A stretch of DNA of 64,000 bases, taken from contig CAXXFF010000002.1 of NCBI GenBank assembly GCA_963676835.2, positions 384,001-448,000 on the forward strand, given 5' to 3'. Made by a program: the position numbers and the translations under genes. This stretch comes from Marispirochaeta sp. GTDB lineage: Bacteria > Spirochaetota > Spirochaetia > JC444 > Marispirochaetaceae. The notes under the pieces were generated by a model that was not told where the DNA came from, ran no database searches, and was given only the letters and a program-made list of their open reading frames with translations. Every line of letters starts with the position of its first letter. Positions within the stretch are counted from its first letter, which is position 1. This document shows positions 27,165-37,063 of the stretch, piece by piece.

Positions 27165-29512
27165 CGCAGAAGGATCTGTTCAGCGGCTTTGCTGAATACA
27201 CCGAAAGCATCTTCGAGGCTCATCAAATTCAGGGCACAGGCATCGCTTTTTTCGTCTCTCGCTGAGGCTTCAAGTTCCGCAGCACGGTTGCCGAGCCTGC
27301 GGGCCATAAGATTCCAGGAGCTGCCTTTTATGGAATGGGCATCCTTACACACCGTATCAAAGTCCTCTTTTCTCAGGGCCTCTTTCATTTGGAGAATCTG
27401 CTTCTCAACCTTGGGAAGAAAGCCTTCAATAACACTGATAACTACAGCAGTATCTCCCATGAAGGTTTCAACAGCTTCATCAAAATTAAAGACCTCCGGA
27501 TCAATCTCCACCGGAGCTTCCTCCTGGTGAAAACTTTCACTGTCCCTGCGGGCGACCATACTTCCCATGGCCCATTTATCCAGCATAGGCATGAGATCAT
27601 TCTTTTTAAAAGGCTTGGTGAGGAAATCATCCATTCCCACATCAAGACATTTTTCCTGTTCACCTTTGATAGCCGACGCGGTTACCGCAATAATGGGAAC
27701 TTCGATCCCCTCTTTCCGGATAGCCTTTGTCGCCTCATAGCCGTTCATCTCGGGCATCTGCACATCCATGAAGATCAGCTCAAAATGCTCCTTCTTCGCC
27801 GCTTCCAGGGCTTCCCTTCCGTTATTGGCAATGCGGACGGTATAACCGTTGTTCTCCAGGATGGTCTTGAACAGGGTCTGGTTAACCTGGTGGTCTTCGG
27901 CTACCAGAATTGTACCCTTTTCAATGGTGAGCAGTGAGTCGACCTCTTCAAGAAAATCAATATCCTCAACACTTTCCAGCTCTTCCTCTTCATTGATCAG
28001 CTTGAAGAGAAGTTCAAAAAGCTGGTTCTTCTTGATAGGCTTGTTCAGATATCCGTCAAACCATTTGAGAAGCTTCATCTTGGCTTCTTCACCGCTGCGT
28101 CCGGCGGGACTCATGAGCAGCCGCCGCACGGTTTTAATACGATCGTCGGCATTTATCTCACTCACCAGCTGCCAGCCATCCATACCGGGCATCATCTGAT
28201 CAACCAGCACAACATTAAAAGGACGCTGCTCTTCCGCCCGCTGGCGCATAAGCTCAAGGGCTTCTGCTCCTCCGGGAACCTGATCAACCAGGCATCCCCA
28301 GCCTTTCAGGTAGGAGGTGAGAATTTTCCGGGATGTATCATTATCATCACATACAAGAGCCCGGCTTCCTTCAAAAAATCCACCGGTAAGATTTCGGTAG
28401 AGACTTTCCTCGTTCTGCTTCGGCAGACGGCAGGTAAACCAGAATATTGAGCCCTTGCCGACTTCACTCTCAACGCCGATCTCCCCGTCCATCATATGCA
28501 CCAGGTTACGGGATATGGAAAGACCGAGACCGGTTCCTCCGTACTTGCGGGTAGTAGAGGAATCCACCTGGGAAAAAACCTTGAACAGACGATCTCGTTT
28601 ATCCTCGGGAATACCGATGCCGGTATCGCGGACCTCAAACTTTAACTCAACAGCAGATTCATCTTCCCTTTCCAGCGAGACAACCACAACAATCTCACCT
28701 TCATGGGTAAACTTCACAGCATTATTGAACAGGTTGACCACAATCTGGCGCAGCCGCACCGGATCTCCTTTTAAGAGATGGGGAACTTCCGGCTTGAAGA
28801 AAACAGCAACCTCAAGGCCTTTTTTATGGGCTTCCATGGAGACCAGTTTTACGGAATCTTCCACCAGGTCATTGAGATCGAAATCAATGGATTCCAGCTT
28901 CAGATGCCCCGCCTCGATCTTGGAAAAATCAAGAATATCGTTTATCAGACTCTGAAGGACATCGGCGGAATACTGAATCTGGGCGGCATACTCAATCTGC
29001 TCCGCATCCAGTGCGGTATCCAGAAGCAGCTCGGACATGCCGGTAATGGTGTGAATAGGAGTACGTATCTCATGGCTCATATTTGCCAGGAAATCGGATT
29101 TTGTCTGGGCGGCCTTGCGTACCTCTTCGTTCTCCTCTTTAAGCCGGAGGGCATCCATTTTCTGGCTGGAGACCTCGGTAATTGAAGCCAGTGGAACAGT
29201 CCCGTCACCGGAAAGATCATCAATGAGAATCCACTCAAGACGGCACCAGCCGACGGTTCCGTCTTTCTGCAGATAGGGCAGTTCGAGAATACTCTCTTTG
29301 CCGGGGTTCTGCATAAACTCATCAAAGCTGCGCATCAGTTTCTGTGCATCCGCGGGGGAAAAACAGGCCCCGAGGGGTTCCCCCGGTTGAACAGGACCGC
29401 CTCCCCGCATGGCGGTAAAAGCCGAGTTGGCTTCCTGAATACCCATATGGCTGTCCAGGATAACGAGCCCTGTGGAGAGATGGTTAAAGAGTGCCTTATA
29501 TACAGTTTTCAT
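27152..29512 (-). CDS. Cytoplasmic hybrid histidine kinase PAS-HisKA-HATPase-REC-REC-Hpt
   Basis: FLANMSHEIRTP, DTGIGI, GGTGLGL, two receiver domains, Hpt AHSIKGSS. Confidence 0.95.
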   Translation of the reverse strand: MKTVYKALFNHLSTGLVILDSHMGIQEANSAFTAMRGGGPVQPGEPLGACFSPADAQKLMRSFDEFMQNPGKESILELPYLQKDGTVGWCRLEWILIDDLSGDGTVPLASITEVSSQKMDALRLKEENEEVRKAAQTKSDFLANMSHEIRTPIHTITGMSELLLDTALDAEQIEYAAQIQYSADVLQSLINDILDFSKIEAGHLKLESIDFDLNDLVEDSVKLVSMEAHKKGLEVAVFFKPEVPHLLKGDPVRLRQIVVNLFNNAVKFTHEGEIVVVVSLEREDESAVELKFEVRDTGIGIPEDKRDRLFKVFSQVDSSTTRKYGGTGLGLSISRNLVHMMDGEIGVESEVGKGSIFWFTCRLPKQNEESLYRNLTGGFFEGSRALVCDDNDTSRKILTSYLKGWGCLVDQVPGGAEALELMRQRAEEQRPFNVVLVDQMMPGMDGWQLVSEINADDRIKTVRRLLMSPAGRSGEEAKMKLLKWFDGYLNKPIKKNQLFELLFKLINEEEELESVEDIDFLEEVDSLLTIEKGTILVAEDHQVNQTLFKTILENNGYTVRIANNGREALEAAKKEHFELIFMDVQMPEMNGYEATKAIRKEGIEVPIIAVTASAIKGEQEKCLDVGMDDFLTKPFKKNDLMPMLDKWAMGSMVARRDSESFHQEEAPVEIDPEVFNFDEAVETFMGDTAVVISVIEGFLPKVEKQILQMKEALRKEDFDTVCKDAHSIKGSSWNLMARRLGNRAAELEASARDEKSDACALNLMSLEDAFGVFSKAAEQILLRHSK

Positions 29513-29553
29513 CGATCAAATTCCCGGATACGTAAAAAATTAGGTAAAAATAG

Positions 29554-30810
29554 TTAAAATGTGGCGCCCAGTACTTCCGCCGCTTTCCGCAGCAGCTTTT
29601 CCGGTTTCAGCGGTTTCCGCAGATAGGTACGAACCCCATACTCCTGAGCCTTAAGAACTGTCTCTTTTTTGGTAAGAGCCGAGAAGATAATTACCGGAAC
29701 ATCAATATTCCTGGACCGCATATCCTGTAGCACCTCAAAACCGTTCATTGTTGGCATCATCAGATCCAGAAAAACCAGATCGTAGTGGCTCTCGTCAAGA
29801 GTATCCACAAACTCTTTCCCATCGGGAAACTGACTGATAGTCCAGCCGGTACTTTTAAAAACCGTTGCTATCAGCGTGCGGATAACCATATCGTCATCCA
29901 CCACAGCCACGGTTGCTTTTCCTTTAAGAATATCTATCATCTGGCCCATGGCACCTTCCCCGGCAAAACGCATGGACATGCTTCCTTCGGTATCACCGCC
30001 GCCTTCAGCATGATTTCCGATTATCCTCTCACGGACCACATCATCGTGGGCAAAGGCATCCGGCTTAAGGCCGATGAGGTCATCCATAGCTTTTTCGAGA
30101 CTGTCCGTCAGGCCGATCTGCTTGAGATCCTCGTTGGAAGCCAGAACCCGGGCGACCTCTTTGGACGAACTGAGAACCTTTATAAAATGGGGATTCCCCT
30201 GGGCCTCGTTAAGGATAGTTTCAAAAAGAAGAACCAGTTTTTCCGCATCCCCCACTCCTAACTCAAGTCCGGCCAGCATTATAAGCACCTTTGGTATTTT
30301 CTGATTGTACAGGGCCAGGAGTTCACGGATTTTATATTTGAGCAGGACGATCTTCTCGGTGTTGAGCCCCTGGGCAACCTCAATAAAAAGGATGTCTTCA
30401 TTAAAATGGGCTTCGATTATAGACGGTGTGGGATCCACCGTAAGGGTAACCCCCAGAAATTCGGACAAAGTATCCAGCATGGCATCAAGCTTCAGCGGCT
30501 TGGTAAAAACCTTTTTTACCCCGAACTTTGCAAGCTCCACTATATGCTGACTGCTCAGCTTGTTTGCCATAAGAATAACCGGGACATTTACCGTATTGGG
30601 ATTCCGCATTTTTTCCTGCAGAACCTCCTGAGAGCTTTTCCGGGAGAGCATGTAGTCCATTATTATAAGATCCGGCAATTCGCTCCGCATCTTCAGCATT
30701 CCATCAAGACCATTACCGGACTGAATTACTTCAATACCGTGGGTAACCAGTTTCTTGCTGAGATAGTCGCGAACCAGCGGAGATTCTTCAATAATAAGAA
30801 TTTTTTTCAT
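29554..30810 (-). CDS. Response regulator with two receiver domains and an unassigned central domain
   Basis: N-terminal REC (IIEES..IMD..KP) and C-terminal REC (VVDDD..FLDLMMP..KP). Confidence 0.88.
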   Translation of the reverse strand: MKKILIIEESPLVRDYLSKKLVTHGIEVIQSGNGLDGMLKMRSELPDLIIMDYMLSRKSSQEVLQEKMRNPNTVNVPVILMANKLSSQHIVELAKFGVKKVFTKPLKLDAMLDTLSEFLGVTLTVDPTPSIIEAHFNEDILFIEVAQGLNTEKIVLLKYKIRELLALYNQKIPKVLIMLAGLELGVGDAEKLVLLFETILNEAQGNPHFIKVLSSSKEVARVLASNEDLKQIGLTDSLEKAMDDLIGLKPDAFAHDDVVRERIIGNHAEGGGDTEGSMSMRFAGEGAMGQMIDILKGKATVAVVDDDMVIRTLIATVFKSTGWTISQFPDGKEFVDTLDESHYDLVFLDLMMPTMNGFEVLQDMRSRNIDVPVIIFSALTKKETVLKAQEYGVRTYLRKPLKPEKLLRKAAEVLGATF

Positions 30811-30883
30811 CTCTCTCCTCTTTTCGGGGAATATCCTCTACTACAGTTATTCCACATTGGACGGAGATATGCAAGGAAAAATC

Positions 30884-32919
30884 CTACCTGAGAATGGAAC
30901 TGAGAATTTCCCTGGTCACATTATAGAGAGGAGGAATTCCTTCGGAGGGATGAAGCCGCGCACTGAGAGAACTGCGGTGTCCCAGGGGAAGGTCGGATAC
31001 ATAATAGAGAAAACGGGTCGGGATCTGCCGGGGGATTACATTCAGCTCCATTGCTTCCAGTATCTGACGGTAATAGAATATACCCTCCATCTCGAGGCCG
31101 ATACAGTTCCAGATATGCCGGTAGAAACTGAGCATGCTTCTGTTCTGCATCAGGGTTCCAGCCACTGTCAGAATAGGCCCGGTGTGAACCGATGATCCGG
31201 CGGACATCTCTTTCAGCCTGGCCGAAAGACCCGTATCGGGATCATCCAGGGGATAGAAGCGGTCGCTGGTCTGCTCAATAAAAGCATCCGGAACCAGAAT
31301 ATCTCCCCGTTTACCAACCAGAGATCCCGCTTTTCCCAGGACGTTGATGCTGGCCAGATTGCGTCCAAAGAGCAGAATAAGGCTGCGGATAATATCCTCC
31401 GCCTGTTCTCCAAAGGCGTAATCGATATTGACGATGAGGCTTCGCTCCGGGGAGGCTGAACAGTGAACAGCAGGATCGAGCCCCTGGGGATCGAGTTTCC
31501 CCGTATCAATGAGCTGAACCTGTATGCCTGTGGAGGCGGTCTCCTTGAGCCTTAAAATACCGCATGAAACCTCATCGCAGCGGCGCAGCCCGGGATTTGC
31601 CTCCCAGAATGAGGGCCCCAGGGCATACATAAGATCCGACGGATTTTTCCACTCACCTTTCATAAACGGGTGACTGGTATCATCCGCCCAGTCCAGTATC
31701 ATATCCTGGTAAGTACGGAAATCGGGGCTGATACAGTTTACCACCGAATGATCATTGGAACTTATAATGTGTACCGGAATGTCCGGATCAAGATCGGCTG
31801 GTTCAAATCCGGTCAGACTGCCGGCGGCATCTGCAACCTGGTGGGTCCAGTTCTGGGACCGGTGCAGATGAAAGGTGGGAACATGACGGCGGAAATCAAT
31901 ATTTATACTCTCCCGGTGCCGGACAATCTCACTTAAGGTCTGGAGGACCCTTCCCGGCCAGAGGGACTGCAGCCCCGCAATTTCCGCCCGGGAGAAATCG
32001 AGCCTTTGCAGCAGAACATCCACCTCTTCCGGAGACTCTTCCTTCCCCTTCGACCGCAGCCGCTCTTCCAGGGCCGCTATCGATTTGGGGTCATGCAGCC
32101 GGCTGCGGATTTTGCCTGCCTCCACCGCGTAGAGGCAGAGACAGGTGATAATATCCACCATATCCGACATGCCGGAACGCAGCAGAACCATGCTCTTCCC
32201 GGGCAGCATCTCCCAGATATCCCGCCGCCGGGCCGCCGACTCCACCGAAGCAAAGAGGCTCTCCGGCTCGACGAACTCAGTAGGCAGGTCATCGGTGAGA
32301 AGATAGGTATGGTTCCGGGAAACATTCTCCGGAAGCCGCCGTACCGCGTACAACAGGGCTCCGAAATCTATTTCATAGGAGTTCAGCTGGGGATGCAGTG
32401 CCGGACGAAGGGCTCTGTAATGGGGCAGCAGTCCACGGATATCCAGAAAGCCGCGGTTTACCGCCCTGGTTATTTCCGCGGAAAAGCTGGTGAACTCGGC
32501 AAAAATACCCTGCCTGTCCTGAAGAATACTCCCCAGGGACTGGGCAAAGGCCCGGGATGAGTGAAGGAGCCGCAGGAAGCTGTCTGCAGAAACAACGTAG
32601 CAGATGGTCTCTTCTTCGGCGACGAAATCAAAAAGATAGGCTTCATTGAGAGCACCCCCCGCTCACCGAAATAGGAGCCCGCCGGAATAAGGTTTGTTCT
32701 CAGCTCCGATCCTTCTGGATCATAAACACCTACACTGCCACGCCCGACAAAAAAGAATTCGGGATGCCGGGAGGGCCCGTGGGAGAGGACCGTTTCTCCC
32801 TGAACATAAACCCGGCGGCTCATCTGTGCAGCCAGAGAACTCCGCTCCCCGGCGCTGAGAAACCGGAATGGGATGGTATGCTCAAAAAGGGGCGTCAGAT
32901 CCGCCAGAACCCCACCCAT
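30884..32919 (-). pseudogene. Frameshifted gene: cNMP-binding domain fused to DUF6909-like/AMP-nucleosidase-like domain (~678 aa if restored)
   Basis: ORF 32470..32919 encodes the first part of a cNMP domain up to GSYFGERGVL; the -1 frame continues NEAYLFDFVAEEETICYVVSADSFLRLL... without a stop into ORF 30884..32353. Confidence 0.85.
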
Positions 32920-32920
32920 A

Positions 32921-33439
32921 CTACTCTTCTTTATAGTATTCCCGGAGCTCTTCCGCGGTGGCGGATACCGGGTGACTGATCAGCAGGGAATCAGCCTTGA
33001 TTTCTGTGGCATTCATCATGGCAGCTATGCGCTGGATAGAAGAGAGGAGCAGGGTCTGTTCCCATATTTCGAGACCGTTGAATGATTCAATAAAAGTATC
33101 ATGAAGCATTGAGGGCTTGTTGATAAGCTGTGCATGACCCGCTTCGGTGAGCTGGACATACATTTTCCGCTTGTCCTCTACCCCCCTGATTCTGGTTACC
33201 AGTCCTCTGGCCACCAGTCTGTCTACAATACTGGTAACCGTCGCATGGCTGAGTGAAATATTTTTGGCGAGATCACCGGTGGTCAGTACATCCCGGTCGG
33301 CAATTTCCTGCATTACAATAAGCTGAGGCCCCGTAAGGCCATAGGTTTTAGCGAGCTTTTTGGAATGAATGTCTATAGCCCTGACGATCTGCCTGATCGT
33401 TACAAGAACCTCCTCGCTTACATCTTTCTCTCTTGCCAT
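32921..33439 (-). CDS. MarR family regulator, EctR/CosR-like
   Basis: RQIVRAIDIHSKKL..GLTGPQL, SLSHATVTSIVDRL, DKR, WEQTLLLSSIQRIAAMM. Confidence 0.88.
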   Translation of the reverse strand: MAREKDVSEEVLVTIRQIVRAIDIHSKKLAKTYGLTGPQLIVMQEIADRDVLTTGDLAKNISLSHATVTSIVDRLVARGLVTRIRGVEDKRKMYVQLTEAGHAQLINKPSMLHDTFIESFNGLEIWEQTLLLSSIQRIAAMMNATEIKADSLLISHPVSATAEELREYYKEE

Positions 33440-33485
33440 GTTCCTTTCCAGTAATGCATTGCTGCATTATACACATTTTAATACT

Positions 33486-33974
33486 TCAGTATTTGTATTT
33501 AAAGGTCCTCAACAGATCCCGGCGGGCCTGTTTGTCTTCATCTCCCTCAATGCCTTTGGGAGAGAAACCGTCGATAACACCGATAATTCCCCGGCCCTGA
33601 TCTGTGCCGGCGCTTATTATCTGCAGGGGGTTGGCAGTGGCGGCAAAAACCCGGGCCACCTCCTGACACTGCTTTATCTGATTGAGCACATTAATAGGGA
33701 AGGCATTACGGATAATAAGATAAAAGGTATGCCCGGCGGCCACCTTTTCGGCACAGGCTGCCGCCTGGGAAACAAGGACGTTATCGTTACCTTCGGTTCG
33801 GATGAGGCAGGGCCCGGAGGCTTCGCAGAAGGCAAGCCCGAATTCAATTCCCGGTACCGAGCTGATCATGATTTCACTCAGATCCTCAACGGTTTTAATA
33901 AAATGGGACTGGCCGACAATAATATTACAGCCCTCTTCCCACTCAAGCTGGTGAACATTCAGTACCGGGATCAT
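33486..33974 (-). CDS. DUF355 'adenosine-specific kinase' family protein
   Basis: GQSHFIKTVEDL, FCEASGPCL, AFPINVLN, ATANP, GVIDG motifs. Confidence 0.9.
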   Translation of the reverse strand: MIPVLNVHQLEWEEGCNIIVGQSHFIKTVEDLSEIMISSVPGIEFGLAFCEASGPCLIRTEGNDNVLVSQAAACAEKVAAGHTFYLIIRNAFPINVLNQIKQCQEVARVFAATANPLQIISAGTDQGRGIIGVIDGFSPKGIEGDEDKQARRDLLRTFKYKY

Positions 33975-34056
33975 CAGAAACCTCCCTCCGGACGACGGTT
34001 TTGGTTATTGTGCCGTCGCCGGAGGAATATGTCAATCTCGGTCGACCGGTCTCTTT

Positions 34057-35730
34057 TTAATCGGCCAGCCTGAGAGCCTGGCTTATATTAAGGCTGTAGT
34101 CGCCGATGCGCTCCAGATGACGGACAATATCTCGGAAGATAAGTTCTCCCTTCAGTTCCGACCGTTTTTTCTTGGCCATCTTGCGGCGGGAAATTTTATT
34201 CAGCTCATCCCGCATGGCATTAATGGTTTTTTCAAAACGCAGGGCATCTTCTAACCGGTAGGCACCGCCCGAGCGGGCCAGATTGTCAGCATTGAACTTA
34301 AGAAACTCCAGAACCCGGCCGGCATAATCCGCCAGCTCTTCCGGACCTTTTTTATGCATCTCCATATCGCCGTCTTTCAGCTTCTTCAGCAGCATGGTGA
34401 TACTGTAGGCACTGTCGGAAATACTCTCCAGCTCATAGATAATCCGCTGAACCGACTGTACCCTGCGGGCCTGAATCTCCGAAAGAGTATCCCGGGTACA
34501 GCCTACAAGAAAATCAGTCAGCTCTTCCTGCATGTCATCCAGGTAGTCCTCAACTCTGGCTACATGGTCCCGGGTATCATCAATACGGGCAAAATCCGCT
34601 ACTGCTCCCTGGATCATCTCCATGGTGGCGTAGTTTTCCCTGGCCATACGGGCTGCTTCTGCATGTACATTAATCAGGTTGGACTCAACCGCATCGGGGA
34701 TATTGGAAGGCACCGGAGTAAAGCGGTACTCCCCGTACTCCTTCCCCTCTTCATCATCCTTTACGGTTTTTCGTACCATATTTGCAATGGTGGGAACAAA
34801 CCAGATAAGCAGGGCAGTGTTGGTAATATTAAAGGTTGTGTGGAACATGGAGAGATGCAGTGGAATATGGGTTGGATCGCTCACCGCTCCCGGAACCAGA
34901 ATGTCCACCAGCTTGAGGAAGGGGAAAAAGACTATGAGCATCCAGACAACACCCATAAGGTTAAAGAACATATGAGCCCGGGCCGCCCGCTTGGCTTCGG
35001 ATTTCATCGGAAGAGACGCAAGAAAAGCGGTTATGGTGGTTCCGATATTTTCACCCAATACAATGGCGGCAGCTATGGGAAAATCTATCCACCCCTTGTA
35101 TGCCATTGTCAGGGTAATTGCCATGGCCGCCGAGGAGGACTGTACCACTACAGTCAGCAGCGTTCCTATCAATACAAAAATCAGGATACTCAGATATCCC
35201 ATGGAGGTAAAATGCTGCAGGAACTGCAGAACCTCCGGATTATTCTTGATATCCGGAACCGATTCCTTCATCAGATGCAGTCCGAGAAAGAGCAGGCCAA
35301 AGCCGATAATCGCTTCGGCAATATCCCGCTTTTTATCACTCTTGCTGAAATAGAAGGGAATAGCCAGGGCAATGGCCGGAAGGGCAAAACTGGTAATTTT
35401 TACCTTGAAGCCGAAAATAGAGACCAGCCAGGCCGTAAGGGTGGTACCGATGTTGGCACCCATAATTACCCCGATGGACTGCTGCAGATTGACCAGCCCG
35501 GCGTTTACCAGACTTACCAGGATTACCGTGGTTGCCGAGGAGGACTGAACAATAGAGGTGGCCGTCAAGCCGGTTATGACTCCCATGAAACGGTTGGTAG
35601 TCAAGGCTCCCAGCAGGGTTTTCAGACGGTCTCCGGAACGCTTGTGTATTCCGTCACTCATGGACTTCATCCCGATGAGGAATATTCCGAGACCTCCAAG
35701 CAGATTCAAAATCTGTAATACAGCACTCAT
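34057..35730 (-). CDS. Na+/Pi cotransporter (SLC34/NptA-like) with PhoU-like C-terminus
   Basis: Two QSSS repeats, GANIGTT/GENIGTT, LERIGDY. Confidence 0.93.
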   Translation of the reverse strand: MSAVLQILNLLGGLGIFLIGMKSMSDGIHKRSGDRLKTLLGALTTNRFMGVITGLTATSIVQSSSATTVILVSLVNAGLVNLQQSIGVIMGANIGTTLTAWLVSIFGFKVKITSFALPAIALAIPFYFSKSDKKRDIAEAIIGFGLLFLGLHLMKESVPDIKNNPEVLQFLQHFTSMGYLSILIFVLIGTLLTVVVQSSSAAMAITLTMAYKGWIDFPIAAAIVLGENIGTTITAFLASLPMKSEAKRAARAHMFFNLMGVVWMLIVFFPFLKLVDILVPGAVSDPTHIPLHLSMFHTTFNITNTALLIWFVPTIANMVRKTVKDDEEGKEYGEYRFTPVPSNIPDAVESNLINVHAEAARMARENYATMEMIQGAVADFARIDDTRDHVARVEDYLDDMQEELTDFLVGCTRDTLSEIQARRVQSVQRIIYELESISDSAYSITMLLKKLKDGDMEMHKKGPEELADYAGRVLEFLKFNADNLARSGGAYRLEDALRFEKTINAMRDELNKISRRKMAKKKRSELKGELIFRDIVRHLERIGDYSLNISQALRLAD

Positions 35731-35895
35731 TATTACTCCAGTATTCTGGTTTTGACCTTCACGGCCATAATGCGTTTCATTAATTCTTAGCTCATTCTAT
35801 TCTAATACTTTTCTAACATAAATGCCCGGTTCCTGTGGAGAGCAAAATAGAGCCAAACAGTCATTTTCCCGGCAGTTGTGCTATAATCTGCTCTC

Positions 35896-36768
35896 GTGAA
35901 GTATCTTTTTTCATCTATACGACCTGCACCCGCTTTCACGAGAAGGGCGATTCTTCTCCTGTTAACCATTCTTTCTGTTTTTCTCTCTGCAGAAGGGGCA
36001 AGGGAAGAGAACCCAACACCGGCCATGCCCATGTGGAGCCCCGAAAAGCCGATTGCGCTGATAGTTCCCGCCGGAGAGGCTTTTGCATCCGCTGCCGTTG
36101 CGGAGGCCCTTGTTCCGGTTATGCAGAAGAGGCTGAAACAGACTATAGTGCTGCGTTTTGAACAGACAGCCGGTACCGGATCTCTGGCCGATTTCCCCGC
36201 CGACGGATACAGCTGGCTTGCCGGGATATCCACAGATATTCCGGACCGTTCCTGGACGGCCTACTACGCTGTCTCCATTCCGCTTCTGCTGCTGGAAAAC
36301 AGCAGCCCCAGTGAAGAGTATATACTTGCATGTCCGGCATCGGAAAAAGAGTCCGGCGAAAAAGTGCTGGCCCTGATGGAATCGGGGACACTGAAAATCC
36401 TGCCTGATACTCCTTCTGCAGTGGCTTCTCTGATAAAGAAAGAGAGCAGTGCTGCCCTTGTACGAAGCACCGATGCGGTATCCTTCCTGCGCAGCGGACG
36501 AATTGAGACCGCCCGGGTACTTGATGCCCAGCCCCTGAAACTGACGAATGCTGAAACCATCTATCCCCTGCAGCTGATCAACTCAGTGGTTATCCACAGG
36601 AGCCCATCCCTGGGCTTCTATCTTCCACCGGGAACTCCCGAGGATGTACTCAACACCCTGGATTCGATATGGGATCATGAAATTAAAAATTCAGAAGAGA
36701 TTGCCCGGTGGGCTGCCGACCGGGGATTTGCCTTCAGCCCCGAAAGAAGCAGGAGAAACAATGAATAG
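35896..36768 (+). CDS. Divergent TctC/Bug-like exported solute-binding protein
   Basis: Signal peptide SAEGARE; WSPEKPIALIVPAG, PADGYSW, GFYLPPGTPEDV resemble TctC but GGxxD is absent. Confidence 0.6.
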   Translation: MKYLFSSIRPAPAFTRRAILLLLTILSVFLSAEGAREENPTPAMPMWSPEKPIALIVPAGEAFASAAVAEALVPVMQKRLKQTIVLRFEQTAGTGSLADFPADGYSWLAGISTDIPDRSWTAYYAVSIPLLLLENSSPSEEYILACPASEKESGEKVLALMESGTLKILPDTPSAVASLIKKESSAALVRSTDAVSFLRSGRIETARVLDAQPLKLTNAETIYPLQLINSVVIHRSPSLGFYLPPGTPEDVLNTLDSIWDHEIKNSEEIARWAADRGFAFSPERSRRNNE

Positions 36769-37063
36769 CGACCGCCACAGATTCGATGACTTCAGCCGTT
36801 TCTTCAAGGCCCTGGGTGACCCCAGCAGGCTCGAACTGGTTCAGCTCCTCTGTGCAGCCCCGGAGGGGCTGACGGTAAAAGCTTTAATAGAAGAGGTTCC
36901 CATAAGCCAGTCCACCGTCAGTCAGCATCTCCGGGTATTGAAGGATGCCGGCATTATCCGTGGTCAGCGTCAGGGAACCTCAACCTGTTATATTGTAGAC
37001 CAGCCCCGCATAGAGGAGCTGATCTACCGCATTAAAAACGAGATAGGACCTATTCTGTCTTGA
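36761..37063 (+). CDS. ArsR/SmtB family regulator
   Basis: FKALGDPSRL, SQSTVSQHLRVLKDAG; start re-called to ATG 36761. Confidence 0.9.
   Translation: MNSDRHRFDDFSRFFKALGDPSRLELVQLLCAAPEGLTVKALIEEVPISQSTVSQHLRVLKDAGIIRGQRQGTSTCYIVDQPRIEELIYRIKNEIGPILS

Noticed and set aside
32470..32919. Stand-alone 149-aa cNMP protein
   Set aside because: Its last ~60 aa are out-of-frame sequence; the domain is completed in the -1 frame.
34354..35718. Long antisense ORFs (also 37740..38963, 5109..6041, 57894..58799)
   Set aside because: They are shadows of well-supported genes on the opposite strand and show no recognisable motifs.
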